In this document: positions 52,020-64,000 of the stretch, piece after piece
How the letters are laid out: each line of letters starts with the position of its first letter
How positions within the stretch are numbered: position 1 is the stretch's first letter
Assembly: GCA_051453625.1 (NCBI GenBank)
Contig: JBOZIK010000001.1
Coordinates: forward strand, 23,791,641-23,855,640
Direction of reading: 5' to 3'
From: Welwitschia mirabilis
Lineage: Eukaryota
Length of the DNA stretch: 64,000 nucleotides
The notes under the pieces: generated by a model
The model's database searches: none
What the model saw: only the letters and a program-made list of their open reading frames with translations
What the model was told of the DNA's origin: nothing
Made by a program: the position numbers and the translations under genes

Positions 52020-55000
52020 AAAGATTTGAGTATCATTTTTCATTGTTTTCTCTAGCTCCCAAGTAGCTTTATCAATACTATGATGACTCCACTTTATTTG
52101 CACTTGATGGATCTTCTTATTTCATAAATTAATAGTTTGTTGATTCAGCACTAATTTTGGATTCTTTATAGTTGAAAAATCTGATTCCACCTAAATATAA
52201 GACCAATTTAATACATGACAAGAATCTGTAATATACTTTCTTAGCATACTTACATGAAAAACATCATCCATATGTGATAATCGAGGAGGTAAAACAAGCT
52301 TATATGCAACATGTCCAATTTGTTTTAATATTTTAAATGGTCCAATTAATTGAGAGATAGGTTTAATTTCTTAACTTCTCTCATCACTTATTTCATTGAT
52401 AAACTTTAAGAAATACATGATCATCTATTTTGAACTCAAATTATCTTCTTCAATAGTATCCATATCTCTTTCATCTATTTGCTATTTTTTTAAGTCTATT
52501 ACTAATGATCCTTATGTTGCTTTTTATTTATTATAATATTTTTGATCTTATCATCAATCTTTCTTTCATTTTTATCCATGAAGTAGGTGCTCTACACTTT
52601 CTACCATATAGGGCTTTAAATGGAGTCATTTAAATTAAACTTCGATAATTATTATTATATGAAAACTCTACCAATGATAGGTACTCTTTCTAAATCTTGA
52701 GATTATCTAGAATACATGCTCTAAGAATATATTATAAAATTTAATTAACTCTTTCTACCTGATCATCTATTTAAGGATAAAATGTAGTGCTCATATTTAA
52801 ATTAATTCTTAAACACGTTTATAATTCTTGCTAAAACTTAGAAGTAAATTTTTTATCTCTATCAGAGATAAGTACTAATGGCACATCATGAAACTGAATA
52901 ACATTTTGAATATATACTTTAGCTACATCCTTAGCATCATAAGTAGATTTTTCTAGAATGAAATATGCTAACTTAGGTGCTTTATCAATTATTATCGTAA
53001 TAGAATCATTACCTATTTTAATTTTTGAAAGTCCTACAATAAATTCCATGTAAATCACATCCTATTTATATTCTGAAATATCATGAGGATAAAATACTCC
53101 CACTAGATTTCTATGTTCTACTTTAACTTCTTAATAATTAGGCACCTTGATACAAATTGTTCTATATACTTTTTCATCTCTAATCACCAAAGGTTTTTTT
53201 TTATATTTTGATACATCTTAGTCTCTCCAGGACGTCCTTCATAAGTGGATTATAAAATTCAAAAATTAGCTTATGTCTAATTCCATCTATATTAGAAACC
53301 AAAAATCTTCTCTTGAATTTGATAATACCATTTGAATTAATACTAAAATTCTCTAAATCTATTAATTTTTCTAACTAGTCCTTTAATAATTCTCATCCTT
53401 TTTCTATCCCTATAATATAATTGTAGGTATTTGGCTTTGAATTTTCATGATTACTATAAGATAATATCATCTAATGAGAGCATCTGCAACCTTATTTCCT
53501 TTACCTTCATATGGTATAAAATCTCTAAATTAAAATCATATAAAAATTTCCATCCATCTTCCTTACCTAAGGTTTAAGTTTGATTGAGTAAAAATGTATT
53601 TTAAACTCTTATAATTTATCTAAACTTGAAACTTTACATCATAGAAATAATGCTTTCACAATTTTAAAGAAAAACTTACTATAGCTAATTCAAGATCATG
53701 AATAGCATAGTTTTTCTAATGAGTTTTAAGTTGTCTTAATCCATAAGCTATTACTCTTTTATCTTGTTTAAGCACTACTCAAAGACCTTTTCTAGATGCA
53801 TTGGTATAGACTGAAAATATCTTTGAATCATCTAGTATTTCTAAGACTAAAGCACTAGTTAAGAATTCTTTGAGACCATCAAATAATTGCTAATATTTTT
53901 CTATCCATTAGGGGTCTTTATTTTTGTTTAAAAAGCTTGTTAATTAAAAAAGATATCTTACAGAAGTTAAAGATGAATTGATGATAATACCTAATAAGAC
54001 CAAGAAAGATTTTAACCTTAGTAATATTTGTTGGTATTGGTCATTACATGATTTCTATAACTTTATATTGATTCAATAATATACCCTTTTTAGATATTAC
54101 ATGACTAATAAATTGAATGGATTTCTTCTAAAAAGAGCATTTTTTTTTTCATGTTGGCATATAATTGGTAATTTTGTAAAGTTTGTAATACTATTCTCAA
54201 GTGTTTTTCATGCTTTTCATAAGTCTTAGAATAAACAAAAATATCATCAATAACTACTATTATAAAGGATTTAAGATTTGGTTGAAAGATGTAAGTTATA
54301 AGACTCATAAATATTGTAGGGGCATTAGTTAAATCAAAAGGCATAATAGTAAACTCATAGGGTTCATAGCAAGTTCTAAATGCTAGTTTATGAATATCTT
54401 CTTCTTTAATTTGAACTTAATGATATCTAGATTTTTCATCAAATTTTGAGAATATCATAGATTTCTTAAGTTAATTAAAAAAGTCATCTATTCTTGGTAG
54501 TGAATACTTATTCTTAATGCTTTATTTAGTTGTCTATAATTTATAATCAATGCATAATCTTAGTGTGTTTCATCCTTTCTCTTTACAAATACTATAGGTG
54601 CTTCTCACAGTGATACATTAAGATGAATGATACTTTTTATATAAGTTTTTCAAGCTAAGTTTTTAATTCTTTCAGTTCTATAGTAGACATTCTACATAAT
54701 GCTTTAGAAATTGGTCAGGTTCATGCAATCAATTCAATGGAAAACTTAACTTCCTGAAGTAATGGAATTCTTGGTAATTTTATTGTGAATACATCAAGAT
54801 ATTCTTAGAATATTGGTATCTTCTTTATTAAAGTTTCTTCTTCCTTTAAGTTACTTCATTTTAGGTATAGCCTATAAATTGGTGATTCCCTCTAAATTTC
54901 TCTTTTTATAGGTTTACATTAATCAAATTCTCCATTACCAATTTGTAATGGCCTTAAAAGATTAGTATTTAACCATGATTCATCATTTCTATTTGATGCT

Positions 55001-56300
55001 TTTTATAATTTGTAATTACTCTATTTTGCATTAACTAATTCATATCTAAGACAATGTCATATTTTTCTAAATTAATAATAATTGGTTATATCTAAAATTC
55101 TACCCCACTTATGGATACAATATAGTTTTGGACTTGCTAATTAACTTTAGACATAGATCCATTTGCTAACTCTATTCATTCCTAAGTTAGAATACAATAT
55201 AATCTTTATCTTATAACAATTCTAGAAGATATAAAATAACCTGTTGCTTCACAGTCAAATAAAATAATTTCATATTTATTATTAAGTAAAGCCTTACCTT
55301 TTACGATAGATCTTTGAAATTACACCCCTTGATTATCTACTATTCCTTAAAGATATCCTATTAATTGAGGAGAACTTTTTGATCCTTGAGGCTTTTCTAG
55401 TTATTATATAGCAAGGTATTTATTATGTAATGGACATTTTCTTATGTTATGATTTACTTTACAATAGTAGTATTAATATCCATTATACTTTTTCTAGTAC
55501 TGATACCAACTAGAAGTTTGCTAGAAGTTGGATCTTTAAGGTTGATTATTTAAATAGATTTGACTAGGATTATTCTATTTCTTTTAAATGGAGTTTGCTT
55601 TAGTTGATTAAAATTCCTATTTCTACTATTGATTAAAATTCCTATTTCTACTATTATTGATATTGACATTATTTTTGTTGTAGTGTCAATTCTTATTTTG
55701 ATAAGACATATGTGATTAATTCCCCTTAAGGATATGTTCCTATGGAGTAATTCTTTTTTTAGTTTCTTGTTATCTTACAAGTTTTGTTCTACTATCTTTG
55801 CCTTTTTTACAACTTTTGCTAGAATCTTAAATTGAAACATGAATACTTTGTAGTAATAGAAGGAAGAAGACTATCAATAAAAAGATTTGTCTTACCTTAT
55901 TTATCTAAATACATATGTAACATATATCTTAATAATTCTACAAATTTTCACTCATGAGATGATATGGCCACATTATGATCTTGTCTTAGATTGTAGAGTT
56001 CTATAACCTTCTAGTGAATTTAGAACTTGGTGATGTGCCTCTTCTTAAACATGTTCTCAAATTCCCTTCACGAAATTTCTAGATCTCCTAACTTAATCAT
56101 TTCTATTTTTCACCATAGGTTATATTCTTCTTGTAACATATAAATAGCTAAAGAAGACTTATATTCATTACATCCTAAGGTACTTATAACCTTTTCAACA
56201 TCACTTAACCATGTTTTTCCTTTGGAAGAATCTAAACCTCTATAAACTTTGATGGATTTAGCTTAATAAACATTTGAATTAATTTCCTCATATCCACTTT
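52020..56300 (-). pseudogene. Decayed gag-pol polyprotein with C-terminal chromodomain
   Basis: RT MPFDLTNAPTIFM...FIIVVIDDIFVYSK; RH YTNASRKGL and YAIHDLELAIV; INT IYMEFIVGL...LISDRDKKFTSKF and HMDDVFHVSML; chromodomain NKKIHQVQIKWSHHSIDKATWELE. Confidence 0.92.
55604..55653. repeat. Perfect 25-bp tandem duplication
   Basis: TTGATTAAAATTCCTATTTCTACTA x2. Confidence 0.9.
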
Positions 56301-56837
56301 TTTAGGTTGATTGATAACATGGTTTATTTATGGATTTTGACCTTGACTTATTATTTTTGATAGGAACTTCATGAAGGTATTAATAAATGATTTTAGATGA
56401 AGGTTGAATAAGGTTAATTTCTATTATTAGATCACTGACTCTCTTGTCAATTATCTTAATATTGATTACTTGGTACAATTAACTTGGCCTTAAGGTTTAA
56501 CTTATGATGAAAAGGCATCTAAAAGAAGGGGAAACTTTTATAATATTACATTTGGAAAGAGGATATATATTATTAAAGGTTAAAAATATTTTATAAGCAT
56601 AAGAAGGAGATGACTATCATTATGAGGTGATGAGTCTTTATTAATATCTTAAAGTACATAATCATGTTTATTTCCTTTCTTTATTTTAAATAGATAATAT
56701 TTATAAGTTATGAATATAGGTTTCTACTATAAAGTTANNNNNNNNNNNNNNNNNNNNNNNNNNNNNNNNNNNNNNNNNNNNNNNNNNNNNNNNNNNNNNN
56801 NNNNNNNNNNNNNNNNNNNNNNNNNNNNNNNNNNNNN

Positions 56838-59800
56838 TAAATATCAAAACATTCATGATAAGAATGGTATTTAAACGTATCATATGTTTTTATGAAATAC
56901 TAATGAGTTTTTAGCAATTTTTAAAAGTCTTAAAATAGAAGTAGAAGTTTTTGAAAATAGATGGCCAATAGCCATCACAAGCCTCAAAATCTTAATGATT
57001 AAGAATGTTATGAATTTCAATTTGAAGGACACATTTATGGATGACTTGATCTAGGAAATATTGAAATAAATAAGTACTGTTTCAAAAAACTTATCTAGCA
57101 TAACTCAAGAATTTCGTTTTATCATTAAATATCTAGTGAAAAAAAATAATGTTGAAAACTAAGTAGTTTGTAATATCAGTAAATCAAGGTATTTCAAAAA
57201 TATATAAAAGGTATTTATTAGGATAAGTATCATTAATGGAAAGAGATGTTTATAAGTTTTCTCAAGCTATTTATGAAAAATGATCCACAATAAGATTGTA
57301 AAATCCCTTTTTATCCTTAATTTATAAATCAAACTCTTGTAAAAGTAGGATACATCTGATTAATTTAGGATTTAAGTCCCTTTTAGAAAATATGTATCTA
57401 AGGTTGAGTGGTCTGTGTAAATAATTATCTTAAAACCCAAAAGATATTGCCTAAATTTTTTTAAGGTAAAGAATAAGGCAAAAAGCTCTTTTTTAGTGGC
57501 TATGTAGTTTAGTTAAGTGTTACTTAATGTTTTACTTACATCATATATTATGTTTAGTTTTTTATTCTATTATTTATTCTAACATAGCTTCAACTGTGTG
57601 ATTGCTAGCATTGCACATAATTCTAAAGAGTAACTTTCAATTAGATAGTTGAACAATAGGAGTGAAGGTAAGTTTTTCCTTAAGGTCATCAAACTGTTGT
57701 TGAGACTTATGGATCTAGTTAAAAAAGGCATCTTTACTTAGAAGGTCATTAATTGATTTGGAAATTTTACTAAAACACTTAATAGGCCTTGTATAATATC
57801 TTGCATGTTTTAAAAATGGTCTTATATCTTTTTATTTTTGAGGAGTGGATAGGTGTATGATTAATAAGACTTTTTTTGGAAATACTTAAATTCATTCTAA
57901 AGAGATAATATGTTCTAACACTATGCCTTTATTGACCATGAAATGATATTTTTTTCCAATTAAGCATAAGACATTTTTCTATTCATCTAATGAGGACAAG
58001 TTCTAAGTTGTAAAGACAATGATTAAAAGAGGTAATGTAGATAGAGAAATCATCCATAAATATTTCAATTTATGAATCTAGTAAATTAAATAAAATTCCA
58101 AGCATGTAACATTGAAATATAGCAGAGGCATTACAAAAACCAAAAGGCATTCTTTCATAAGCAAATATTCCATATGGGTAGGTAAAGGTAGTTTTATTTT
58201 GATTCTTAAGGATGATTTCTATTTGGTTGTACCCTAAATACCTATCTAAAAAGTAGTAAAAAGGATGTCCCAAAAGTTGTTTAAGATTTAATTAGAAAAT
58301 AAAAAAGGAAAATAATCCTTTCTTGATATGGTATTTACCTTTTTATACTCTATGTACTTTTTCATTTAACCACAGGTCTAGTGAGGATATGTTCATTGTA
58401 TTCACTTGGTATTAGGATAATTCTAGATTTATCTGGTACTATTTCCATGAAACTTATCCATTTATTATCTGGGATGGAGTAGATGATTTTCATTATTTAA
58501 GAGTTGATAACTTAATTCTTCACTACCTCTTTCATGATTGGCTTTATTCTTTGTTGGGATTCTATGAATGGCTTAGAATTTTATTCTAAGTAAATATAAT
58601 GCACAAAAATTCTAGAGTTAATGCCCCTAATATCAAAAAGGGTCCATCCTATTTCCTGTTTATGCTTTCTTAAAATGTTTAAGAACTTAATTTCTTAAGA
58701 TGATGATAAGGAGGAATTGATTACTACTAGAAAGATGGAATTATCTCCTAAAAAGGCATGTTTGAGATTCTTTGAAAGAGGCTTAACTTCATTGCAGGAT
58801 TCATTTAAGTGCTAGTGTATGATTCTTAATTTTGATAAAAAATCTAAGGTATCATCCTTACAAAAGTGAGTGGAAGATACTTGGTCATCGAAAAGGCTTT
58901 CTATCCTATCCACATGTTCTATTTTGTCATTGATACATAAGGTAATCTCATGTTATTGAAAACATTTAATTTTATCATCATGTTACCAAATGATACTTTC
59001 ATCAAATCATTCCTATAATTAATCAAGGCATTTTAGGTTGCTAGAAAAGGTCTTTTTAAAATAATGGGTACTAATTGATTTATTGTGTTTTCCATGTCTA
59101 AAACCATAAAATACACTAGGAAGTAATAATCAACTCCCTAGTAATGACATTAAATCCTAATGGATTTTTTTATATAATTATCAATAAGTTGGAGTTAGAA
59201 TTTTATGTTTTTAAGCCCTTCTAAGCCTAATTCTTTTTAGGTTCCATAAGGAAGTAAGTTTACATTTACTCTTAAATCTAAGAAGGCTTAGTTGAATTTC
59301 TTATTTATTATTGTAATTATAATGGTAGGGAATCTAGAGTCTTTATGTTTAGGTGGAATTTAGTTTTGAAGAATTGTATTTATTTGCTACATCAAGCAAA
59401 CTTTACTTTTTACATTTATGTGCCTTTTCATTATACACATATATTTGAGAAACTTTGCATAGGAAGAAACTTTATTAATGGCTTCTAAGAGGGGGTTATT
59501 TATCTTAACATCTTTAAAAATTCTAGAGCCTCTAACTATTTTTTTAATAATGTTATTTTTTCCTAAGCTATTGGCAAAAAGGTAAAGGCTCTTTATAGAT
59601 GGACAAAGGTATCTTTATTATTTTATTTTTTGTCTTTGTCTTCTACGGGGATCAATTTTTCATTTGTTATGTTTAGCTTAGATTTATTTTTCAATTTTTC
59701 CACTTCTAAGATGAAGTAATTTTGTTTCTTGAATGTGTGTGGGCTCTAATCCTTCCATGAATCTAACCCTCTTAAGATTTGGCTTTGAACTCATAGGGAG

Positions 59801-61100
59801 TTTTCCTCATTTTCTTTGGTTAAAGGAAGAGAGAATCTATTAAAGAAATTCAATGTTGGTTTGAATGGCTTATTCAAGATTTCTTAGGACATAAGAATAT
59901 TGCATATGAGTTATTTCATGGTCATGATTGGTTTAGATATGATCATAGTTAATTAGGGCTTAAGTATCCATGAATTTTCTTAATGACTCCTCTAAGGAAG
60001 TGGATGATGAAGAGGGTTTTATTAGTTTGATGGAAAGGAATGGAAGGATAATGAAGGGAATGAATTTCTTAGTTGATTATTTTGATTTTAAAAATACGAG
60101 TTATTTTTCTTCCAAGAAAAGTTGAGAAGATTCCTTCACCCAGGGTTCTAGGTGTTAGAATGTAAATCAATTTTTTGGTTTTGTCACTAGTATTCTACTA
60201 CATCAACTTGTTTATTTATTATGTTCTAAAATAAGGAAATGAATGGATTCTTAGATATATCATGAATATCTATGTGGTAAATTAAACATTCAAGTTTTAT
60301 AATCAAAGATAAATGTGAGGTAAACAATGATGCTACTCTTCTTACTAACTCGTCTATCCTGTTATTGACTTCAAAATTTTTAGATATCTTAAACACACTC
60401 ATGGATCTAATAGAACGATGATATCTAGATGGTTCACTTAGCTTCTTCTAGTTTTTAGAGATCTCAATTATTGTTTTAAGATAGTTCTAAACTTTATCTA
60501 ATTCCATATTAAGAAAACTACCCTTAATCATCATCTCTATCAATTTCCTATTATTTGAAGATAACTAATTGTAAAAGAAAATAATTTTCCTCCCTACCTT
60601 AAATCCATACTATGAGCATAATTTTTATAGTAAATCCTTAAATATCTATAAGGTATGGGAAAAGGTCTCATGATCTCCTTGTTGGTAGTTTATTATTTCT
60701 CTTCTTAAGGCATTCATCTTATGATTCAGAAAAAATTTGGATATGAAGGCCTATTTAAATCAAATTGAGATTTAATAGATAAGAGCTTGAGCATGTAGAG
60801 CCATGATTTAGACTTTTATTTTAAGGATAATAAAAAAAGAGTAAGCTTAAGAGTGTTAAAAGTATTTGAATATTAGGGTACAATTAATAATACATACTCA
60901 AATTATTTAATGTATAAGTGTGAGTCCTCTAATTCTAATCGATGTAAATGAGGTAATAACTGAATGGTGGATGGTTTAAATCCTAACCTTTGAACTTTAA
61001 TTAGTTGTACTATGCAAGATGGGGTTCCTAAGCATTGAGGTTGAAGGTTATTATGAATGGTCTACTTAGGGGGTTTGTTAGACTAAGGTAAAAGGCATTT
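56838..61100 (-). pseudogene. Decayed gag-PR-RT-RH and INT start of element D
   Basis: gag FKPSTIQLLPHL; PR AFLDLRVNVNLLPY; RT YFLDRYLGYNQI..KTTFTYPYGIFAYERMPFGFCNASAIFQ and IEIFMDDFS; RH NYIATKKELFA. Confidence 0.92.
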
Positions 61101-62011
61101 AATTGGTCCATTAGTTTTTGGTTTAAGTATGATACATTGAAAGGGAATTGAAAAATATATTAGACGTTTGATTTTATTTTTGGGATGAAGAGGCTTATTA
61201 TCTTTGAGTATTATCATTATATTGGTTTTCTTATGGGATTTCCTATTCCTCATTTCCTTTAGTATTAGGGTCCTACTTAATTCATCTCAGATCTAAGGCA
61301 TTTGGATGAGTTTTAGACAAATTATGAAAAGGTTTCATATAGAGACTAAATGATACAAAGGTTTTCAAGTTTTAACAAAGGGTTAGAAAAAAAACTAAGA
61401 GGTTTTCACACAGAAAGTTAACAGCATTAATGAGGGAAGATGGTGATACTAGTTTAAATTCGAATTATAGTTTGAGAAAAATCTGGCAGGATCATCATGT
61501 TTATACAAAATAAACTAGATTTAAAGGTAATGAAAAAAATTTGTAGAAAACAAAAATGAAAGAAAATACTAAATATTTTTCATTTTCAGCATTTATAGTA
61601 GTAAAATTTCTTAAAAAAAAATTAAGTGATTGAATTAAAGTTATAGAAAATAAAAGAAAACATGTCAAGAAGTGAGTTAGATTTTAGTTTTCCACCCTTT
61701 ATTACTACTTGCAAAACCTTATCAAACCTACAACACAAATTCTTGATATGAAATATAGATTTGGTTAAAGTAAAAAGAACTAAAGAAAACTCTAAAGTGG
61801 ACTAGTTTGGATATCACTGAAAATGGACTAGTACCAATCACTAAAAAGAAAAGAAAAGAAATAAATACACAAAATAAATAAAAAAATGGACCAGTTCAAG
61901 TATCATTGAAGATAACCAATATCAACCATTGGAAAAATATAAAACAAAACTAAATAAATATTTGCAAAAAAATAAAAGTTATGCTCTTCCTGAGAAGATA
62001 CTATGTCATTA

Positions 62012-62029
62012 TCCCTAGCAACAACATCA
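62012..62029 (-). promoter_or_regulatory. Decayed PBS of element D
   Basis: Minus strand TGATGTTGTTGCTAGGGA versus TGGCGCCGTTGCCGGGGA; transitions only. Confidence 0.8.
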
Positions 62030-62034
62030 AAATC

Positions 62035-63368
62035 TGTTTGTATGTAATATATTGAACCAAAACAAACTAGGTGAATATCTAGGATTTTTATCTCCACAGG
62101 GATAATTATGGTGAACTTTATAGAAATTAAACAAGTTTTTGCTAGTCTTACAATTAGAATCTAAAGAAATAAGAAAAAAGAGATTGAAATAATTTTTTTG
62201 AAACTTCATTTAGAGAGGTAGAAAAGTGAACTAGCTCCAAAGTTTAATTTAATTTGTCCTTCTGTACTTATTATGTCCAAAGGTATCCTATGAATTCTTG
62301 AAATATACTTAATTAAGTAGTGATAGATAGGTCATGATGGCATAATCTCATACACCATATGAGGATCGGTGAACTTAAAAGTTACTTCATCCTTTAGAGC
62401 CTTAAAAAGTATGAAAAGTAAGGACATAAAGTAGTCAAGATCCATTAAATAAAAGAGATTTAGAGCAATAAACTAAAGGATTTACTCAAATAAAAAATAT
62501 CACTTAATAACTTAATTATTAAGCATTACAGGTGCAAAGTCATTTGCAACTTAAAATTAAAGCAAATAACTATTTGTATTAATTTCAAAAATACACATTA
62601 CATTAATGTAGGAAGTATGGACTTATTAAGCTATTCTTAAAGTAAGATTGCTCTAAATCAAGTACTTAAACAGTTATGTCGACTTAATGCTTCAAGGATT
62701 CTACTACTTTATCAAAATGAAGGATGATATAAATGTGGGTCAAGGCCCTTTTATAGTTGAGCATTGTGTGAGTCATGGTTATAAGCCTTTGGCTTGTAGC
62801 ATTAGATGAATGGTTACAAAATATACCATTTAGCATTAAGTAGGAGTTTTATTATCTTGCATTAGATATACATTATCATGACAATCCCAACACTTATCTC
62901 CTAGCATTGCTACTTCTATCAACTAATAATGTTGTCATGTTTCTCCACTATTATCCTACTCAATTCTTCCACATGTCACTGATGCGACTCATCATCATTA
63001 GCACTAGGTGTCATTGATAATGCTAGTTATTTCTAAGGTGAAATCTCATTAAGCCCATAACTAAATTTGGCTGAGTTTTGCCTAATAATTCTAGCACATG
63101 AGATTTAAGGTGTTTTACTTTGAAGAACTAGTAGTGCCAGTGACCTGCATAGTGGCGTTAGTGTTTTAAGCTAGATGAACATCATATCCTAGCATATCAT
63201 TTAAAATGAGATAAACATCCTAAAAAATTCATGGAAAGACGATAAGTTTATAATTAATATTAAAAAGAAATAGAAGACATAATTTCATGATAAATTGATT
63301 ATATTAATATCTTTTATTAAGTTAAATAAGTATAACTTGATCAAAATGTCAATTTTCACATGTTAATA
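62035..63368 (-). repeat. 5' LTR of element D
   Basis: TGTTTG adjacent to the PBS; minus-strand TATA (ggcccttttatag at ~62744-62756); ends where copia coding sequence begins. Confidence 0.7.
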
Positions 63369-63369
63369 G

Positions 63370-64000
63370 TAGTGCAAGGCTTAGAATTTATATGTCATAA
63401 ATAAAACATGAAAAAATCTACTACAATCATTAATAAATGTGATGAAATATATGTTACCATTAAGGCTTGAGTTCTCATAGGCCCACGTATATCACTGTGC
63501 ATAACATTAAGAACACCTTTTACCCTTTTTTTAAGTCATGGAAAATGGGATTCTTGTTTGTTAACATTAAGTGCATTATTTACATTTGATTGTATCATGT
63601 ATTTTCATTTTTGGTAGCCCTTTTACAAGATCCTTTTCAATAATTTGCTTTATGTATTGAGTTGAATGATGATCCAATCTTTTATTCCAAATTTAAAACT
63701 CATCTTCTTGAAATATTAGATAGTTTGTATCCAACCCCCTATTCATCACACATTGTATAAATTATTGTCCATCGATGGTATTTTAAGCATGTTTCTATCC
63801 TCTGTGATGTGATAAAGTCCATCTTTTGACATGAAAAAAAGCCCCTTTTTCATTAATTATCCCAAACTTATTAAATTATATTGAAGATTAGGAACATATA
63901 GCACTTCATTTATGATTAATGATTTATTATTTAATGTTCTCAGCTTAATATCTTCAATATCTTTGAGATATATCCTCCATCAAATTCAACTGTCCCATTA
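63370..64000 (-). pseudogene. Ty1/copia pol fragment (protease end, GAG-pre-integrase, integrase start)
   Basis: INEVLYVPNLQYNLISLG*L; IWNKRLDH; LNVMHSDIRGPMRTQ; GNIYFITFINDCSRF. Confidence 0.9.

Larger units (their letters stand above)
51934..56737 (-). mobile_element. Element E: Tekay/Del chromovirus internal region
   Basis: gag-PR-RT-RH-INT-chromodomain order; the leader runs into the gap at 56738. Confidence 0.9.
56838..63368 (-). mobile_element. Element D: Athila element (different subfamily from B/C), 5' LTR to start of integrase; 3' part lost at the gap
   Basis: LTR 62035-~63368, PBS, gag, PR, RT and RH in order. Confidence 0.88.

Noticed and set aside
16667..56883. ORF-track entries containing X runs (e.g. 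23730-24300, 44876-45658)
   Set aside because: Artefacts of translating through N gaps

Overview
Very AT-rich, strongly CpG-depleted plant nuclear DNA from a gapped draft scaffold, made almost entirely of old, nested, decayed transposable elements. I found no intact host gene, RNA gene or CRISPR array. Left to right: (A) the 3' half of a + strand Athila/OTA-type Ty3/gypsy element (integrase end, ~9 kb accessory region, 3' LTR ~10031-11506) inserted into the gag of a - strand Athila relic; Sirevirus-like copia LTR pieces; a - strand Tekay leader and LTR, interrupted by (B) a complete non-autonomous Athila element (17315-26038, gag+PR only); a CACTA-like element (~31633-51842) that contains (C) a full-length - strand Athila element (31796-44795, perfect GTGAC TSD), a decayed PPR-like sequence and a probable solo LTR; (E) a - strand Tekay chromovirus internal region (51934-56737); and (D) a - strand Athila element (56838-63368) inserted into a copia integrase. 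All ORFs are broken, mostly by C>T/G>A changes. I do not see a convincing new biological system. The best leads are the accessory sense and antisense ORFs of A, the pol-less element B beside its full-length relative C, a possible Pack-CACTA PPR capture and the all-context deamination signature. Alignments and translations were done by eye, so internal domain boundaries are approximate.
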